DNA of 64,000 nt from an uncultured delta proteobacterium (GTDB taxonomy: Bacteria; Myxococcota_A; UBA9160; UBA4427), in the NCBI GenBank assembly GCA_963822965.1, contig CAWGJT010000010.1, positions 672,001-736,000 on the forward strand, in the 5' to 3' direction. The stretch's first letter is position 1. Each line of letters opens with the position of its first letter. The notes beneath the pieces were generated by a model. That model searched no databases and was not told the origin of the DNA. It saw only the letters and a program-made list of their open reading frames with translations. The position numbers were made by a program, and so were the translations under genes. Shown one piece after another: positions 1-9,917 of the stretch.

Positions 1-39
1 GTGCGGCTCCTCGCGCGCCGCAGCCCCCGGAGATCCTCC

Positions 40-741
40 ATGAGGCGCGCATTGCTGCGGGTCGTCGCTCTCGCCGGGGTCCTTCTTGCGGCGGGGTCGG
101 CGACCGCGCAGACGCTCGCCGCTCAGGTGCTGCGCGAATCCGACGCCAACGGCGACGGCAAGCTGCAACGCAGCGAGGCGCCCATCGAGCTGCTGCCGCA
201 CTTTGCGGACATGGATCAGGACCACGACGGGGCGATCGACTCCTACGAGGCCTGGAACTTCGATACTCGTGCCCACGCCGCGGGCAACCGTCCGGCGCCG
301 GCGGAGCCGGCGAAGGAGCCGACGCCGACACCGGTGGCAACCGCCGAACCGCCCCCCCAGACCCTGGTCGAGCTGCTGGCGCGCGCCGATCGGAACGGCG
401 ACCACCGGCTCTCGCCGGACGAGGTTCCGGCGGCGCTGCGCGATCGGCTGCTGGATCTCGATCCGAACGGGGACGGAGCCATCGACGAGGACGAAGCCCG
501 CGTGCTCGATGCGCGGCGAAGTCGCAGCGCAGGAGAGGCGGCCCCACGACAGCGCTCCCTCGTGCGCACGGTGCACCTGATGGACACCGACGGTGACGGG
601 CGGCTCCAGAAGCGCGAGGCGCCCCTGCGCCTGCAGCCGGTGTTCGAGCGCATCGACGTCAACGCGGACGGCGCCATCGACGTCGAAGAGGCCGCGCGCT
701 TCGATGCGTCGGTCGCGTCCGATCCGTCGCCGCGCCGCTGA
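40..741 (+). CDS. Secreted EF-hand calcium-binding protein (6 EF-hand loops in 3 pairs)
   Basis: ATG at 40 after GGAG; signal peptide ending ATA-Q; loops DANGDGKLQRSE, DQDHDGAIDSYE, DRNGDHRLSPDE, DPNGDGAIDEDE, DTDGDGRLQKRE, DVNADGAIDVEE; Pro-rich linker. Confidence 0.85.
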   Translation: MRRALLRVVALAGVLLAAGSATAQTLAAQVLRESDANGDGKLQRSEAPIELLPHFADMDQDHDGAIDSYEAWNFDTRAHAAGNRPAPAEPAKEPTPTPVATAEPPPQTLVELLARADRNGDHRLSPDEVPAALRDRLLDLDPNGDGAIDEDEARVLDARRSRSAGEAAPRQRSLVRTVHLMDTDGDGRLQKREAPLRLQPVFERIDVNADGAIDVEEAARFDASVASDPSPRR

Positions 742-750
742 GCCGCAGGA

Positions 751-1896
751 TCAGCGACGAAAGGGCCAGACGAGCTGGGCGAGATAGCGCTCGGGAACCG
801 GGTCGCCCGCGATCCCGTAGCGGGCCGGCCAGCGGTCCGGCACGAAGGCGGTTCCGAACGCGCGGTCGATCAGCGGCACGTGGACCGCGAAGTTGCGGTC
901 GATCGCCTCGGGCTCGGCGCTGTGGTGCCAGTGGTGGAATTCGGGCATCACGACGATCCAGCGCAGCCAACGCGCGCGGAAGCGCACGTTCGCGTGGATC
1001 CAGACCGCCTGGAACGACACGAAGACCAGGTAGGCGGTGAGGGGGCCGTTGCCGATCCCGAGCACGAAGAGCGGCAGGAAGCTCACGGCCCGGGTCACCA
1101 CGATGTCCACCCCGTGCAGCCGCGAGCCCGCCAGCCAGTCCATCTGCCGCGACGAGTGGTGGACGGCGTGGAATCGCCAGAGCCAGGGCACCGCGTGCAT
1201 GGTGCGGTGTGCGGCGTACTGGAAGAGGTCCGCGCACACCAGGGCAAGCCCGAACTGCACCGCGAAGGGCAGGGTGGCGACCTCGGCGTGCAGCCCGGGC
1301 GAGACCAGCCGCCCCAGCAGGATTCGTGCGGGTGCCATGGAGAGCAGGACGGTCACCTGCACCAGCAGGTGGCTGACGAAGAAGTGCGCGAGGTCGGTGC
1401 GCCAGCCCCGGCGGAAGACGTACTGCTGGCGGTGCAGGGCGAAGAAGCGTTCGAGAGGAAGGAAGACGAGGGCGAGCACCAGCAGGTCGAGCACGAACCA
1501 GTCGACGCCCACGTAGCGGCCGGAGCGGACCGATTCGGGGGTCTCCACCCAGGCGCCGCCCAGGGCGATGGCGAGCGCGGCGAGGGCGATGCCCGAGAAG
1601 GCCAGCCGCCGCCGCCCGCCCAGCGCGAAGCAGAGGGCGCCGAAGACCAGGGCCAGCCCGTTCGCGGAGAAGAGCACGATGCGGACCAGCGGGATCGGCA
1701 GCACCGCGCGCAGGTCGGGGGTCGTGAGCAGCTCGGGCCGCCGGAAGCAGAGCACCGCCAGAAGGCAGCCCGCCCCCAGGGCCACGGAGAGGACTCCGCT
1801 GATCCGGCCGTCGCCGAAGCGAAACTCGGGACGCTCCTCGGCCTCCTGCGGCGGCAGGGGCGCGACGAGCGGTGCGTCGGTCGGGATCCCGGTCAC
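751..1896 (-). CDS. Sterol desaturase / fatty acid hydroxylase family protein with extra N-terminal TM helices
   Basis: His boxes HRTMH, HAVHHS, HAN, HHWHH; multiple TM segments. Confidence 0.85.
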   Translation of the reverse strand: MTGIPTDAPLVAPLPPQEAEERPEFRFGDGRISGVLSVALGAGCLLAVLCFRRPELLTTPDLRAVLPIPLVRIVLFSANGLALVFGALCFALGGRRRLAFSGIALAALAIALGGAWVETPESVRSGRYVGVDWFVLDLLVLALVFLPLERFFALHRQQYVFRRGWRTDLAHFFVSHLLVQVTVLLSMAPARILLGRLVSPGLHAEVATLPFAVQFGLALVCADLFQYAAHRTMHAVPWLWRFHAVHHSSRQMDWLAGSRLHGVDIVVTRAVSFLPLFVLGIGNGPLTAYLVFVSFQAVWIHANVRFRARWLRWIVVMPEFHHWHHSAEPEAIDRNFAVHVPLIDRAFGTAFVPDRWPARYGIAGDPVPERYLAQLVWPFRR

Positions 1897-1929
1897 CTCC
1901 CCCGGATCGGCCGATCGGCTCCCGCGACT

Positions 1930-3135
1930 TCAGTCCTCGCGCGCGGGGCGGTCCCCGCCCAGGGCCAGGCTGGCCGCTCGGCTCGAGATGCCGACGCCCC
2001 GGCGGGCCTGCCGGATGGTGTCGCGATCGTGGCCGTCCGTGCAGTAACCGATGGAGATGCCGCTCTCGGGGTCGGCCCAGGCGATCTGGCCGCCGGCACC
2101 ACCGTGTCCGAAGGACTGCGCGGAGTTGGTGTGCCCGAAGCCCCGGTAGTTGCGCTCGGCGTCGCCCGCGATCATGAGCCCGAGGGCGCGGTTGGCGCGC
2201 TTGCCGAAGAGCGGGTCCGTGAGCTCACCGGAACGGACTTCCCGGGCCATGGCGACGGTCTCGGGCTTCCAGATCGTCTCGCGCCCGTGGCCGAGGAGCG
2301 CCTGGTAGAACAGCGCGAGGTCGCCCGCCGTCATGGTGCCGCCGCCGCCGGGGATGCCGGCCCGGCGGACGTCGGCCTCGTTGAAGCGCTGCAGGTTGTC
2401 CTCGGTCACCTCGGTGACCGGCGGGACGGGAAACCCCATGCGGCGGTAGTCGTCCTCGGTGAGCGCCCGGCCCACGTGCTGGATGTCGGCCAGACGGCCG
2501 TGCAGGGCGTCGGGCAGCCCGCACCAGAGGTCGTCGAGTCCCAGGGGCAGCGAGATGCGGTGGCGAACGAAGTCGCCGTAGGTCTCGCCGCTCCGCCGCT
2601 CGATGATCTCGGCGACGACGTACATGCTGGAGGACGGGTGGTAGACGAAGCGGGAGCCGGGCTCGAAGGTGAGCTTCCAGCGGGCGAAGTGCGACAGCCG
2701 CCGCTCGCGATCCAGGAAGTCGGCCGGCGGGAAGGGCGCCGTGGGGAAGCCGGCGGTGTGGGTGAGGAGGTGCTCCACCCGGACCGCGTCCTTTCCGTGG
2801 GTGCCGAACTCGGGGACGATGTCGGCCACGCGCTCGTCCGGGTCGAGCCTTCCCTCCTGGATGAGGATCCAGGCGGCCGCCGAGGTGATCGCCTTGGTGC
2901 TCGAGAAGACGCAGTAGAGGGTCTCGTTGGTGGCGCGCGCCTCCCGCCCCTGGTGGGTCACGCGGCCGACCGTGCGCATGCCCGCGATGCGGCCGTTGCG
3001 GGCGATCGCGATCTGCGCCGACGGCAGCAGGCCCTCGGCGACCTCCTTCTCGGCGCGGGTGAACAGGGCTTCGAGCTTCTCGGAATCGATCCCGACGCTC
3101 TCGGGGGTTTCGGCGAAGAAGGACGCGTGCGGCAT
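1930..3135 (-). CDS. Serine hydrolase, beta-lactamase / family VIII esterase-like
   Basis: SSTK (SxxK), LLTHTAG, EPGSRFVYH, FGHGGAGG; start set at MPHASFF. Confidence 0.85.
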   Translation of the reverse strand: MPHASFFAETPESVGIDSEKLEALFTRAEKEVAEGLLPSAQIAIARNGRIAGMRTVGRVTHQGREARATNETLYCVFSSTKAITSAAAWILIQEGRLDPDERVADIVPEFGTHGKDAVRVEHLLTHTAGFPTAPFPPADFLDRERRLSHFARWKLTFEPGSRFVYHPSSSMYVVAEIIERRSGETYGDFVRHRISLPLGLDDLWCGLPDALHGRLADIQHVGRALTEDDYRRMGFPVPPVTEVTEDNLQRFNEADVRRAGIPGGGGTMTAGDLALFYQALLGHGRETIWKPETVAMAREVRSGELTDPLFGKRANRALGLMIAGDAERNYRGFGHTNSAQSFGHGGAGGQIAWADPESGISIGYCTDGHDRDTIRQARRGVGISSRAASLALGGDRPARED

Positions 3136-3305
3136 GGAATCGGAATCTCCCGGCTGGGGTTCTCGTGACCGAAGAGGGTCTCGGGGACGTCCCTCTCGGT
3201 GGCGAGCGGTCCGTCCCAGGCGACCCATCATAGGCCAGGGCGCAGCGGCCGGGCCCGCCGCGCGCAGCGGTGGTAGACTCGCGCCTCCATCTTCGAGGTC
3301 ACTTC

Positions 3306-4022
3306 TTGATCGAGGCGTTCCAGGCCTTGCTGCGCGTGCAGGAGCTCGATGCCGGGGTCCGCACGGCCGAGAAGGAGCTGGCGTCGTTCGCTCCGCTTCG
3401 CGAGCAGGCGGTGCTGGCCGAGGCGGCGGAGCAGGCCGCCATCGAGGAGGCTCGAGCGGCGCTCCGCGAGGCCGAGCAGAGCCACCGCCGTCTCGAGCAG
3501 GACCTGGCGGCCGCGGACGCCCTCGTCAAGAAGCTCGACCTGCAGATCTACGAGGTGACGTCGAAGCAGGCCATGGAGGCGATCCAGAAGGAGACCGCCG
3601 CCGCGCGCGAGAGCAAGTCGCAGCTCGAGGACGCGATCCTCGAGCTGCTCGACGCCATCGAGACGGATGCCGAGGCGGTGCAGGCCGCCGAGACCCGGGC
3701 GCGGGAGCAGGCGTCGAGTCGCGCGGACGCCGAGGCCGAGCGCAGCGAACGCGAGCGCGCGCTTCGCGCCGAGGTCGAGACGCTGGGCAAGAGCCGTGCC
3801 GCGCTGGTCGGCACGGTGGACGAGGGTGCCCTGCGCGAGTACGAGAGCGCGCGCCGCAAGGCCTGGCCGGTGCTGGTCCGGGTCGAGGCCCGCTCGTGTC
3901 CCGCGTGCCACATCACCATCGCGCCGCAGAAGATGCTCGACATCGCGAAGGCCAGCTCCTTCGTCACCTGCGGAAGCTGCCACCGCATCTTCTACGGCGA
4001 GAAGGTCGCCGCCGCCGGCTGA
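3306..4022 (+). CDS. Coiled-coil protein with C4-type zinc ribbon (DUF164 / CT398-like)
   Basis: TTG at 3306 after GAGGT; LLRVQELD start, long coiled coil, CPACH...CGSCHRIFY. Confidence 0.85.
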   Translation: MIEAFQALLRVQELDAGVRTAEKELASFAPLREQAVLAEAAEQAAIEEARAALREAEQSHRRLEQDLAAADALVKKLDLQIYEVTSKQAMEAIQKETAAARESKSQLEDAILELLDAIETDAEAVQAAETRAREQASSRADAEAERSERERALRAEVETLGKSRAALVGTVDEGALREYESARRKAWPVLVRVEARSCPACHITIAPQKMLDIAKASSFVTCGSCHRIFYGEKVAAAG

Positions 4023-4140
4023 ACGGCGCGGCGCGCGATGGGCCCGCAGGGCTCGCTATGCTCGTCGCTCCTCCCGGGCGATCGGCTCGCCGCGAATGGC
4101 GAGGCGGATCGGCTCCGGGATCCACCACGAGGAAGAAGCC

Positions 4141-5226
4141 ATGAAGGCAGCAGTCCTGCGCGAAGTCGGAAAGCCCCTGGTCATCGAGGACGTCCAGATT
4201 GCGAAGCCTGCGCCGCGCGAGGTGCTGATCCGTACGGCGGCGGCCGGGGTCTGTCACAGCGACCTGCACTTCGTGGAGGGCTCCTATCCCTATCTGCTTC
4301 CCACCGTGCTCGGCCACGAGTCGGCGGGCATCGTCGAGGAGGTGGGCTCCGACGTCCGCTACGTGAAGAAGGGCGACCACGTGATCACGTGTCTCTCGGC
4401 CTTCTGCGGGGACTGCAACTACTGCCTCACCGGACGCATGTCCCTGTGTCGCAGTCCCGAGGTCCAGCGCGCTCCGGGGGACGCGCCGCGTCTCTCGAAG
4501 GACGGCGCGGTGATGAACCAGTTCCTGAACCTCTCCTCGTACGCCGAGCAGATGCTGGTCCACGAGCACGCCCTGGTGAAGGTGCGCGAGGACATGCCCC
4601 TCGATCGGGCCGCGCTCATCGGCTGCGGCGTCACCACCGGCGTGGGCGCCGTCCACAACACCGCCCGGGTGGAGCCGGGCAGCACGGTGGCCGTGGTGGG
4701 CTGCGGCGGCGTGGGGCTGGCGTGCGTGAACGGCGCAGCCATCGCCGGCGCCGGCCGCATCATCGCCGTCGATCGCGTGGCCTCGAAGCTCGAGCTGGCG
4801 AAGACCTTCGGGGCCACGGACCTCGTGAACGCCGCCGAGGGCGATGCCGTGCAGCAGGTTCGCGAGCTGACGGGCGGCGGGGTCGACTACTCGTTCGAGG
4901 CCATCGGCCTCAAGGCGACCGCCGAGCAGTGCTTCCAGATGCTGTGCGCCGGCGGCACCGCCACCATCATCGGCATGATCCCGGTGGGAACCATGGTGGA
5001 GGTGCACGGCGTCGACTTCCTGGCGGAGAAGAAGCTGCAGGGCTGCACGATGGGCTCGAACCGCTTCCGGGTGGACATGCCGCGCTACATCGAGTTCTAC
5101 CTGCAGGGCAAGCTGCACCTGGACGAGATGGTGTCCCAGCGGCTCCCCCTCGAGCAGGTGAACGAGGCGCTCGACGCGCTCAAGCAGGGCGAGGTGGCGC
5201 GCACGGTGCTCACCTTCGACGCGTGA
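4141..5226 (+). CDS. Zn-dependent alcohol dehydrogenase (MDR family)
   Basis: GVCHSDLH, LGHESAG, CGDCNYC...C, GCGGVG. Confidence 0.93.
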   Translation: MKAAVLREVGKPLVIEDVQIAKPAPREVLIRTAAAGVCHSDLHFVEGSYPYLLPTVLGHESAGIVEEVGSDVRYVKKGDHVITCLSAFCGDCNYCLTGRMSLCRSPEVQRAPGDAPRLSKDGAVMNQFLNLSSYAEQMLVHEHALVKVREDMPLDRAALIGCGVTTGVGAVHNTARVEPGSTVAVVGCGGVGLACVNGAAIAGAGRIIAVDRVASKLELAKTFGATDLVNAAEGDAVQQVRELTGGGVDYSFEAIGLKATAEQCFQMLCAGGTATIIGMIPVGTMVEVHGVDFLAEKKLQGCTMGSNRFRVDMPRYIEFYLQGKLHLDEMVSQRLPLEQVNEALDALKQGEVARTVLTFDA

Positions 5227-5235
5227 GGCCCGTGC

Positions 5236-5856
5236 TCAGCGGCTCCAACACGCCAGCACGTCGTCGGTTGCGACCAGCGTCGTGATGGCGCCGAGGGTGT
5301 GGGCGAAGATCGAGTCGACGTGCTCCTGGGGGAAGCCCGCCACCGCGTCCTTCGGGATCACCACCTGGTAGGCGGCGTTGACGGCGTCGAAGGCCAGGTT
5401 GGTGATGGCGACGTTCACCGACACGCCCACGCCGACGACCGTGTCGACCCCGAGGTTGCGCAGCACGAAGTCGAGCTCGGTGCCCTGGAAGGGCGAGAGA
5501 CCGTGCAGCCGCTCGAGCACGAGGTCGCTCTCTGCCACCGGAAGCTCGGGCACGATCGCGGCGGCCTCGGATCCCGGCACGAGCTTCGGCTCGCTGCGGG
5601 CCATGTACTGGAAGAGACGCGCGTTGTGGTTGGCGCCGAGACCGTCCGCGCGGCGTACGGCCGTGCAGTGGATCACCGGGATGCCGGCGGCCCGGGCGCC
5701 CGCGGCCAGGCGCGCCACGTTGCGGATCATCTCGCCGGACGCGGCCCGGGAGAGCTCCGGCAGCGGCGAGCGATCGCCGATCACGCCCCGCTGGCACTCC
5801 TGGGTGATCAGCGCCGTGCGGCCGGGGGCGACGAGCTCTGCCAGGTCGAGGGCCAC
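5236..5856 (-). CDS. Isochorismatase / cysteine hydrolase family protein with non-canonical active site
   Basis: GTG at 5856 after AGGAGGA; TALITQECQ, SPFQGTELDFVLRNLGVDTVVGVGVSVNVAI, DAVNAAYQVVIPKDAVA. Confidence 0.8.
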   Translation of the reverse strand: MALDLAELVAPGRTALITQECQRGVIGDRSPLPELSRAASGEMIRNVARLAAGARAAGIPVIHCTAVRRADGLGANHNARLFQYMARSEPKLVPGSEAAAIVPELPVAESDLVLERLHGLSPFQGTELDFVLRNLGVDTVVGVGVSVNVAITNLAFDAVNAAYQVVIPKDAVAGFPQEHVDSIFAHTLGAITTLVATDDVLACWSR

Positions 5857-6087
5857 GCTTTCGTTCCTCCTCCGCACCGGCTGCGGGCGTGCGGTCGTCG
5901 CCGACGTTGCCGTCGTCGGGCCGCCGTCGCCACTCCCGCCCGTTTGCGGGGGTTGCGACCGTCCCGTTGCCCCGGGTCCGGGGGGCGCTAGCCTGCTTTT
6001 CCCACCGGGGAGAAGGTCGCGGAGATGCTGTGCTATCAGCGCCCGGAGTAGCGCTCGGGTGAGAAATGCAGGCTAGAGCAGGGAGCC

Positions 6088-6609
6088 ATGGACGACCTCC
6101 AGCGCCTCGTGGCCAGCGACCAGATCCGCCAGCTCGCCTCGCGCTACGCCCTGGCCCTGGATTCCCGGGACCTCGACGCCCTGGTGGGGCTCTTCGTGGA
6201 CGACGTTCGGGTGGGCCGGGACGCGTCGGGGCGCGAGGCCCTGCGCGCCAACTTCGACGCGCAGCTGCGGGGGATCGGGGTCTCGATCCTCTTCGTGGGC
6301 AACCACGTGATCGACTTCGACGACGACGACCACGCCCGGGGCGTCGTCTACTGCAAGGGGGAGATCCAGGACGGCTCCCGCTGGATCCACCAGGCGATCC
6401 AATACCGCGATCGCTACGAGCGGCGCGGCGGGCAGTGGCTCTTCGTGCGGCGGGTACACCTGCTGTGGTACGGCGTGGGCTACGCGCCGGGGGATCCGGC
6501 GAACCCCCTGGCGCTGCCGCCCGCCGACTGGCCCGCGAGGCACACCGGGAAGGGAACGATCCCCGAGAGCTGGCCCTCCTGGCAGCGCTTCTGGTCGCCC
6601 GGGGACTGA
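6088..6609 (+). CDS. NTF2 / SnoaL-like domain protein
   Basis: IRQLASRYALALDSRD, NHVIDF, YRDRYERRGGQWLFVRR. Confidence 0.8.
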   Translation: MDDLQRLVASDQIRQLASRYALALDSRDLDALVGLFVDDVRVGRDASGREALRANFDAQLRGIGVSILFVGNHVIDFDDDDHARGVVYCKGEIQDGSRWIHQAIQYRDRYERRGGQWLFVRRVHLLWYGVGYAPGDPANPLALPPADWPARHTGKGTIPESWPSWQRFWSPGD

Positions 6610-6623
6610 TCCGGCCCGCGCGA

Positions 6624-7730
6624 TCACTGCAGCATGCGCGTCCGCAGGCGGGCGGCGCCGACCCCGACCAGCACCGCCGCCATTGCGAGCAGCACGCCCA
6701 CCTGCGGCAGGATCTCGGCGGTGCTCGCACGCTCGAAGATCATCGCCAGGTAGCCGTCCATCGCCCAGGCCGTGGGCAGCAGGTGACCCGCGTCGCGCAG
6801 CCAGGCGGGCACCACCGTCAGCGGCCACATGCAGCCCCCCAGCATGCCGGCGCAGATCGAGAGCAGCGGCGCCAGGGAGAAGGCCTGCTCCGGGGTGCGG
6901 AACACCGTCGCCATCACCAGACCGAGGCCGAGACAGACCGCGACGAGGGCGGCGGTCAGCAGCACGACGCCCAGGGGATCGCCCCAGGGCACCTGGAAGG
7001 CGAGGGCGGTGATCGCCACGAGGAACGCGGACTGCACGACCATCACCTGCGCCGGCCCCACGATCATCAGCAGGATCAGCTCGGGAGTGCGGGCGGGGGT
7101 GGCGAGCAGGCGCTCGGTGATGCCGCGGCGGCGCATCATCAGCATGCCCGTGGAGGAGATCATGCCGTTGATGACCAGGAAGAGCACCAGGTTCGAGGGC
7201 GCCGTGTAGTGGAAGCCGATGGGCGGGCGCCCCTCGTTGCTGCCGTCGTAGACCCGGCTCGCCACCGGCCGTGCGAGGCCGGGCGAGACGGCGTCCGCCA
7301 GCCGCGCGTCGGCGATGGCCCGCACGACGATGGCCCCGACCCCGGCGGCGGACGCCAGCAGCTCGAGATCGTCCTCCCCGTTCCAGCCGGCGGGGACGAC
7401 GACGCCCGCGTGGAGCCGCCCGCGGTAGACCGCCGCGCGCATGGCCCCGGCGTCGTCGTAGTCGCGTACGCGCACGGCGGGCAGGGCGTCGAGTCCGTCC
7501 CGCAGGCTGCGCGCGATCGCGCTGCCCGAACGATCCAGGAAGCCCACGCTGAAGACCGGATCGCTGTAGCCCTGCATGGCCACGCCGATCACGGCGATGA
7601 CGACGACCGGCAGCAGGAAGAGCCCCGCGGCCTGGCCCGGGCTGCGCCGGGAGCTCGCGGCCCCGGCGGCCGCCGCCGCGGAGACGGTGGCCCGGATGCG
7701 GGCGAGACGGCTCGTCGCGGCCCCGGTCAT
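6624..7730 (-). CDS. ABC-2 type exporter permease
   Basis: C-terminal part of the 6624..8663 ORF; ATGA overlap with upstream permease; GITERLLATP, GMLGGCMWPL, LPTAWA. Confidence 0.85.
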   Translation of the reverse strand: MTGAATSRLARIRATVSAAAAAGAASSRRSPGQAAGLFLLPVVVIAVIGVAMQGYSDPVFSVGFLDRSGSAIARSLRDGLDALPAVRVRDYDDAGAMRAAVYRGRLHAGVVVPAGWNGEDDLELLASAAGVGAIVVRAIADARLADAVSPGLARPVASRVYDGSNEGRPPIGFHYTAPSNLVLFLVINGMISSTGMLMMRRRGITERLLATPARTPELILLMIVGPAQVMVVQSAFLVAITALAFQVPWGDPLGVVLLTAALVAVCLGLGLVMATVFRTPEQAFSLAPLLSICAGMLGGCMWPLTVVPAWLRDAGHLLPTAWAMDGYLAMIFERASTAEILPQVGVLLAMAAVLVGVGAARLRTRMLQ

Positions 7731-8878
7731 ACGCTCCGCTCCAGGGACGCGGTCGCGCGATACGCCGCGAACGCGATGCCCGCGCAGCCCACCGCGAACG
7801 TCACCAGCAGGGGCTCCAGCACGCCGCCGAGGCTTCCGCCGGCCTGGCCCAGGGCGGCGGCATCCATGAAGCCCCGGGCGGCCTGGCCGTTCGGCGTGAG
7901 CCGCTGCAGGGTGTCGAAGACGTCCGGCAGTCCCTGGGGCGGCATGAACTGGCCGCCCACCACCGCCAGCAGGAAGATGGCGATGGACGCCAGGGTCTGC
8001 CCCTGCTCGGCGTTCCGGGCCACCGCCATGAAGAACGAGGTCATGCCGATGGCCATCCAGACGGTGGTGAAGACCAAGGCGGCGACGATCCAGGCGGGTC
8101 CCCAGTGGGTGCCGAAGAGGACCCGGGTCGCGAGGATCATGCTGGCCATCTGCAGCCAGCCCAGCAGCAGCAGTCCCAGCAGCTTGCCGGCCAGGATCGA
8201 GCGAGCCGGTGCGGGCGACGCCACGAGGCGCGCGATCGCGCCGGCGTCCACCTCTTCCTGCAGGGCTCTCACGCCGGAGAGAACCGTGAACGTGAGGAAC
8301 AGAACCGTCATCGAGAACGCGAAGTAGTCCACCGGGCGCAGGCGACCGCCCGGGGACACGGGGACCATCGCCGCCAGCGGCGGGAGATCGGCCCGTCCGC
8401 CGTCGCTCGCCCCGGCAGCGCGGCGGCGCGCCGCCTCGACGCGGTAGCGCTCCGCCAGCGCCACGGTCATGCGCGTCGCGAAGGCGTCGTGGCCGGTTGC
8501 GAGCACCTCCAGGCCGGGCGCACCGTCGCCACCCGGTTCGGCGCCGCTCGCGAGGAAGTCCGGGCGAACGACGAGGGCCACGTCGGCGTCGTCCCGGGCG
8601 AGCAACGTGGAGGCGGCTTCGGGCGAGCCGGCGGGCTGCAGCAGGACGACGCCCTCGAGCCACGGCTGGGCCAGGAAGTCGCGCAGTCGGGCGGCGTCCG
8701 GCCCGGGGTCGAGATCCACCAGCGCCAGCCGCAGCTGGAAGCCGGCCTCGTTCGATCCGATCGCGAGGCCGATGAGGCCGGCGAGCACCAGCGGGACGAC
8801 CACGGCCACCAGCACGGCCGTTCGGTCCCGCAGCCGCTGGCGCAGGTCCTTGAGACAGAGGACGAGGGCGAAGCGCAC
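7727..8878 (-). CDS. ABC-2 type exporter permease
   Basis: KDLRQRLRDRT start, extracytoplasmic domain, RLVASPAPARSILAGK, GGQFMP, LTPNGQA. Confidence 0.85.
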   Translation of the reverse strand: MRFALVLCLKDLRQRLRDRTAVLVAVVVPLVLAGLIGLAIGSNEAGFQLRLALVDLDPGPDAARLRDFLAQPWLEGVVLLQPAGSPEAASTLLARDDADVALVVRPDFLASGAEPGGDGAPGLEVLATGHDAFATRMTVALAERYRVEAARRRAAGASDGGRADLPPLAAMVPVSPGGRLRPVDYFAFSMTVLFLTFTVLSGVRALQEEVDAGAIARLVASPAPARSILAGKLLGLLLLGWLQMASMILATRVLFGTHWGPAWIVAALVFTTVWMAIGMTSFFMAVARNAEQGQTLASIAIFLLAVVGGQFMPPQGLPDVFDTLQRLTPNGQAARGFMDAAALGQAGGSLGGVLEPLLVTFAVGCAGIAFAAYRATASLERSV

Positions 8879-8886
8879 GGCGGCCG

Positions 8887-9819
8887 TCAGTCGCGCAGCG
8901 CTCGGCCGGTGAGCTCGAGGAAGACGTCCTCGAGGTCGGGCTCCACCACCTCGACGCGGCTGGGGGCGAGGCGGGCCTCGATCAGCGCGTGCAGCAGGGC
9001 CGGCACGCAGTCAGAACCGTCGTCGCCGAAGACGGTCAGGTGCTCCTCGGTCCAGTGCGCGGTGCGCACCCCCACCACCGCCCGGGCCACGTGCGCGGCA
9101 TGATCGGGCCGGCGATCCGTGCCGAACGCGAGCTCGATGCGCGCGTCGCCCCGGAGCCGGTCGACGAGCTGGCGTCGGGTGCCCTCCGCGATCAGGCGAC
9201 CGCCGTCGATGATGCCCACCCGGTCGCACAGGCGCTCGGCCTCCTCCATGTAGTGGGTGGTGTACAGGATGGCGACGCCCTCGCTCCGCAGGCGCTCCAG
9301 CAGGTCGAAGATGGCGCTGCGGCTCTGGGGATCGACGCCTGCCGTGGGCTCGTCCAGGGTGAGGAGGCCTGGGCCGTGCAGCAGCCCCGCCACGAGGTTG
9401 AGGCGCCGCTGCATGCCGCCCGAGAAGGTCGCGACCCGGTCGTCCGCGCGGTCCGCGAGCCCCACGGACGCGAGCGCCTCGTCGACCGCCTTCGTGAGCG
9501 CCGCGCCGCGCAGCTCGTACATGCGGCCCCAGAAGTACAGGTTCTCCCGGGCGGTGAGATCCTGATAGAGGGTGATCGCCTGGGGGACGAGGCCCATGCG
9601 CCGGCGCGCGGGGGGGCCTTCGTCGAGATCGATGCCGTCCACCACGACGCGGCCGCCGTCGCGGGGCAGCACGCCGGTGATCATCGAGATCGTGGTCGTC
9701 TTGCCCGCACCGTTCGGCCCCAGCAGGCCGTAGATCTCGCCGGCCTCGATGTGGAAGCCCACGTCCGACACGGCCTGCCGCTCTCCGAATCGCTTCCGGA
9801 GCCCTTCGGCGATCAGCAT
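8887..9819 (-). CDS. ABC-2 type exporter ATP-binding subunit
   Basis: GPNGAGKTT, FSGGMQRR, LDEPTAGVD, YTTHYMEEAE. Confidence 0.93.
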   Translation of the reverse strand: MLIAEGLRKRFGERQAVSDVGFHIEAGEIYGLLGPNGAGKTTTISMITGVLPRDGGRVVVDGIDLDEGPPARRRMGLVPQAITLYQDLTARENLYFWGRMYELRGAALTKAVDEALASVGLADRADDRVATFSGGMQRRLNLVAGLLHGPGLLTLDEPTAGVDPQSRSAIFDLLERLRSEGVAILYTTHYMEEAERLCDRVGIIDGGRLIAEGTRRQLVDRLRGDARIELAFGTDRRPDHAAHVARAVVGVRTAHWTEEHLTVFGDDGSDCVPALLHALIEARLAPSRVEVVEPDLEDVFLELTGRALRD

Positions 9820-9917
9820 GCCCGCCCTCCGCGCCAGCCAGGGCAGGATAGCTTCGGGCGAGGGGCCTGCGACCCGCCGCGCTGCAGGCGCGCGCCTCCT
9901 GCGGTGCGGCTACTGCG

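Noticed and set aside
1930..3135. Beta-lactam resistance genes (also 21513-22583)
   Set aside because: No signal peptides; motifs and lipid-catabolic context fit cytoplasmic esterases or amidases
880..3168. 762-aa plus-strand ORF and many similar long antisense or off-frame ORFs (e.g. 6066-8327, 32379-35111, 41801-43777)
   Set aside because: Shadow ORFs over well-supported genes; Arg/Pro/Gly-rich or antisense codon pattern, no motifs
3136..4140. rnpB or tRNA near the zinc-ribbon gene
   Set aside because: No GAGGAAAGTCC signature or cloverleaf in the flanking intergenic regions
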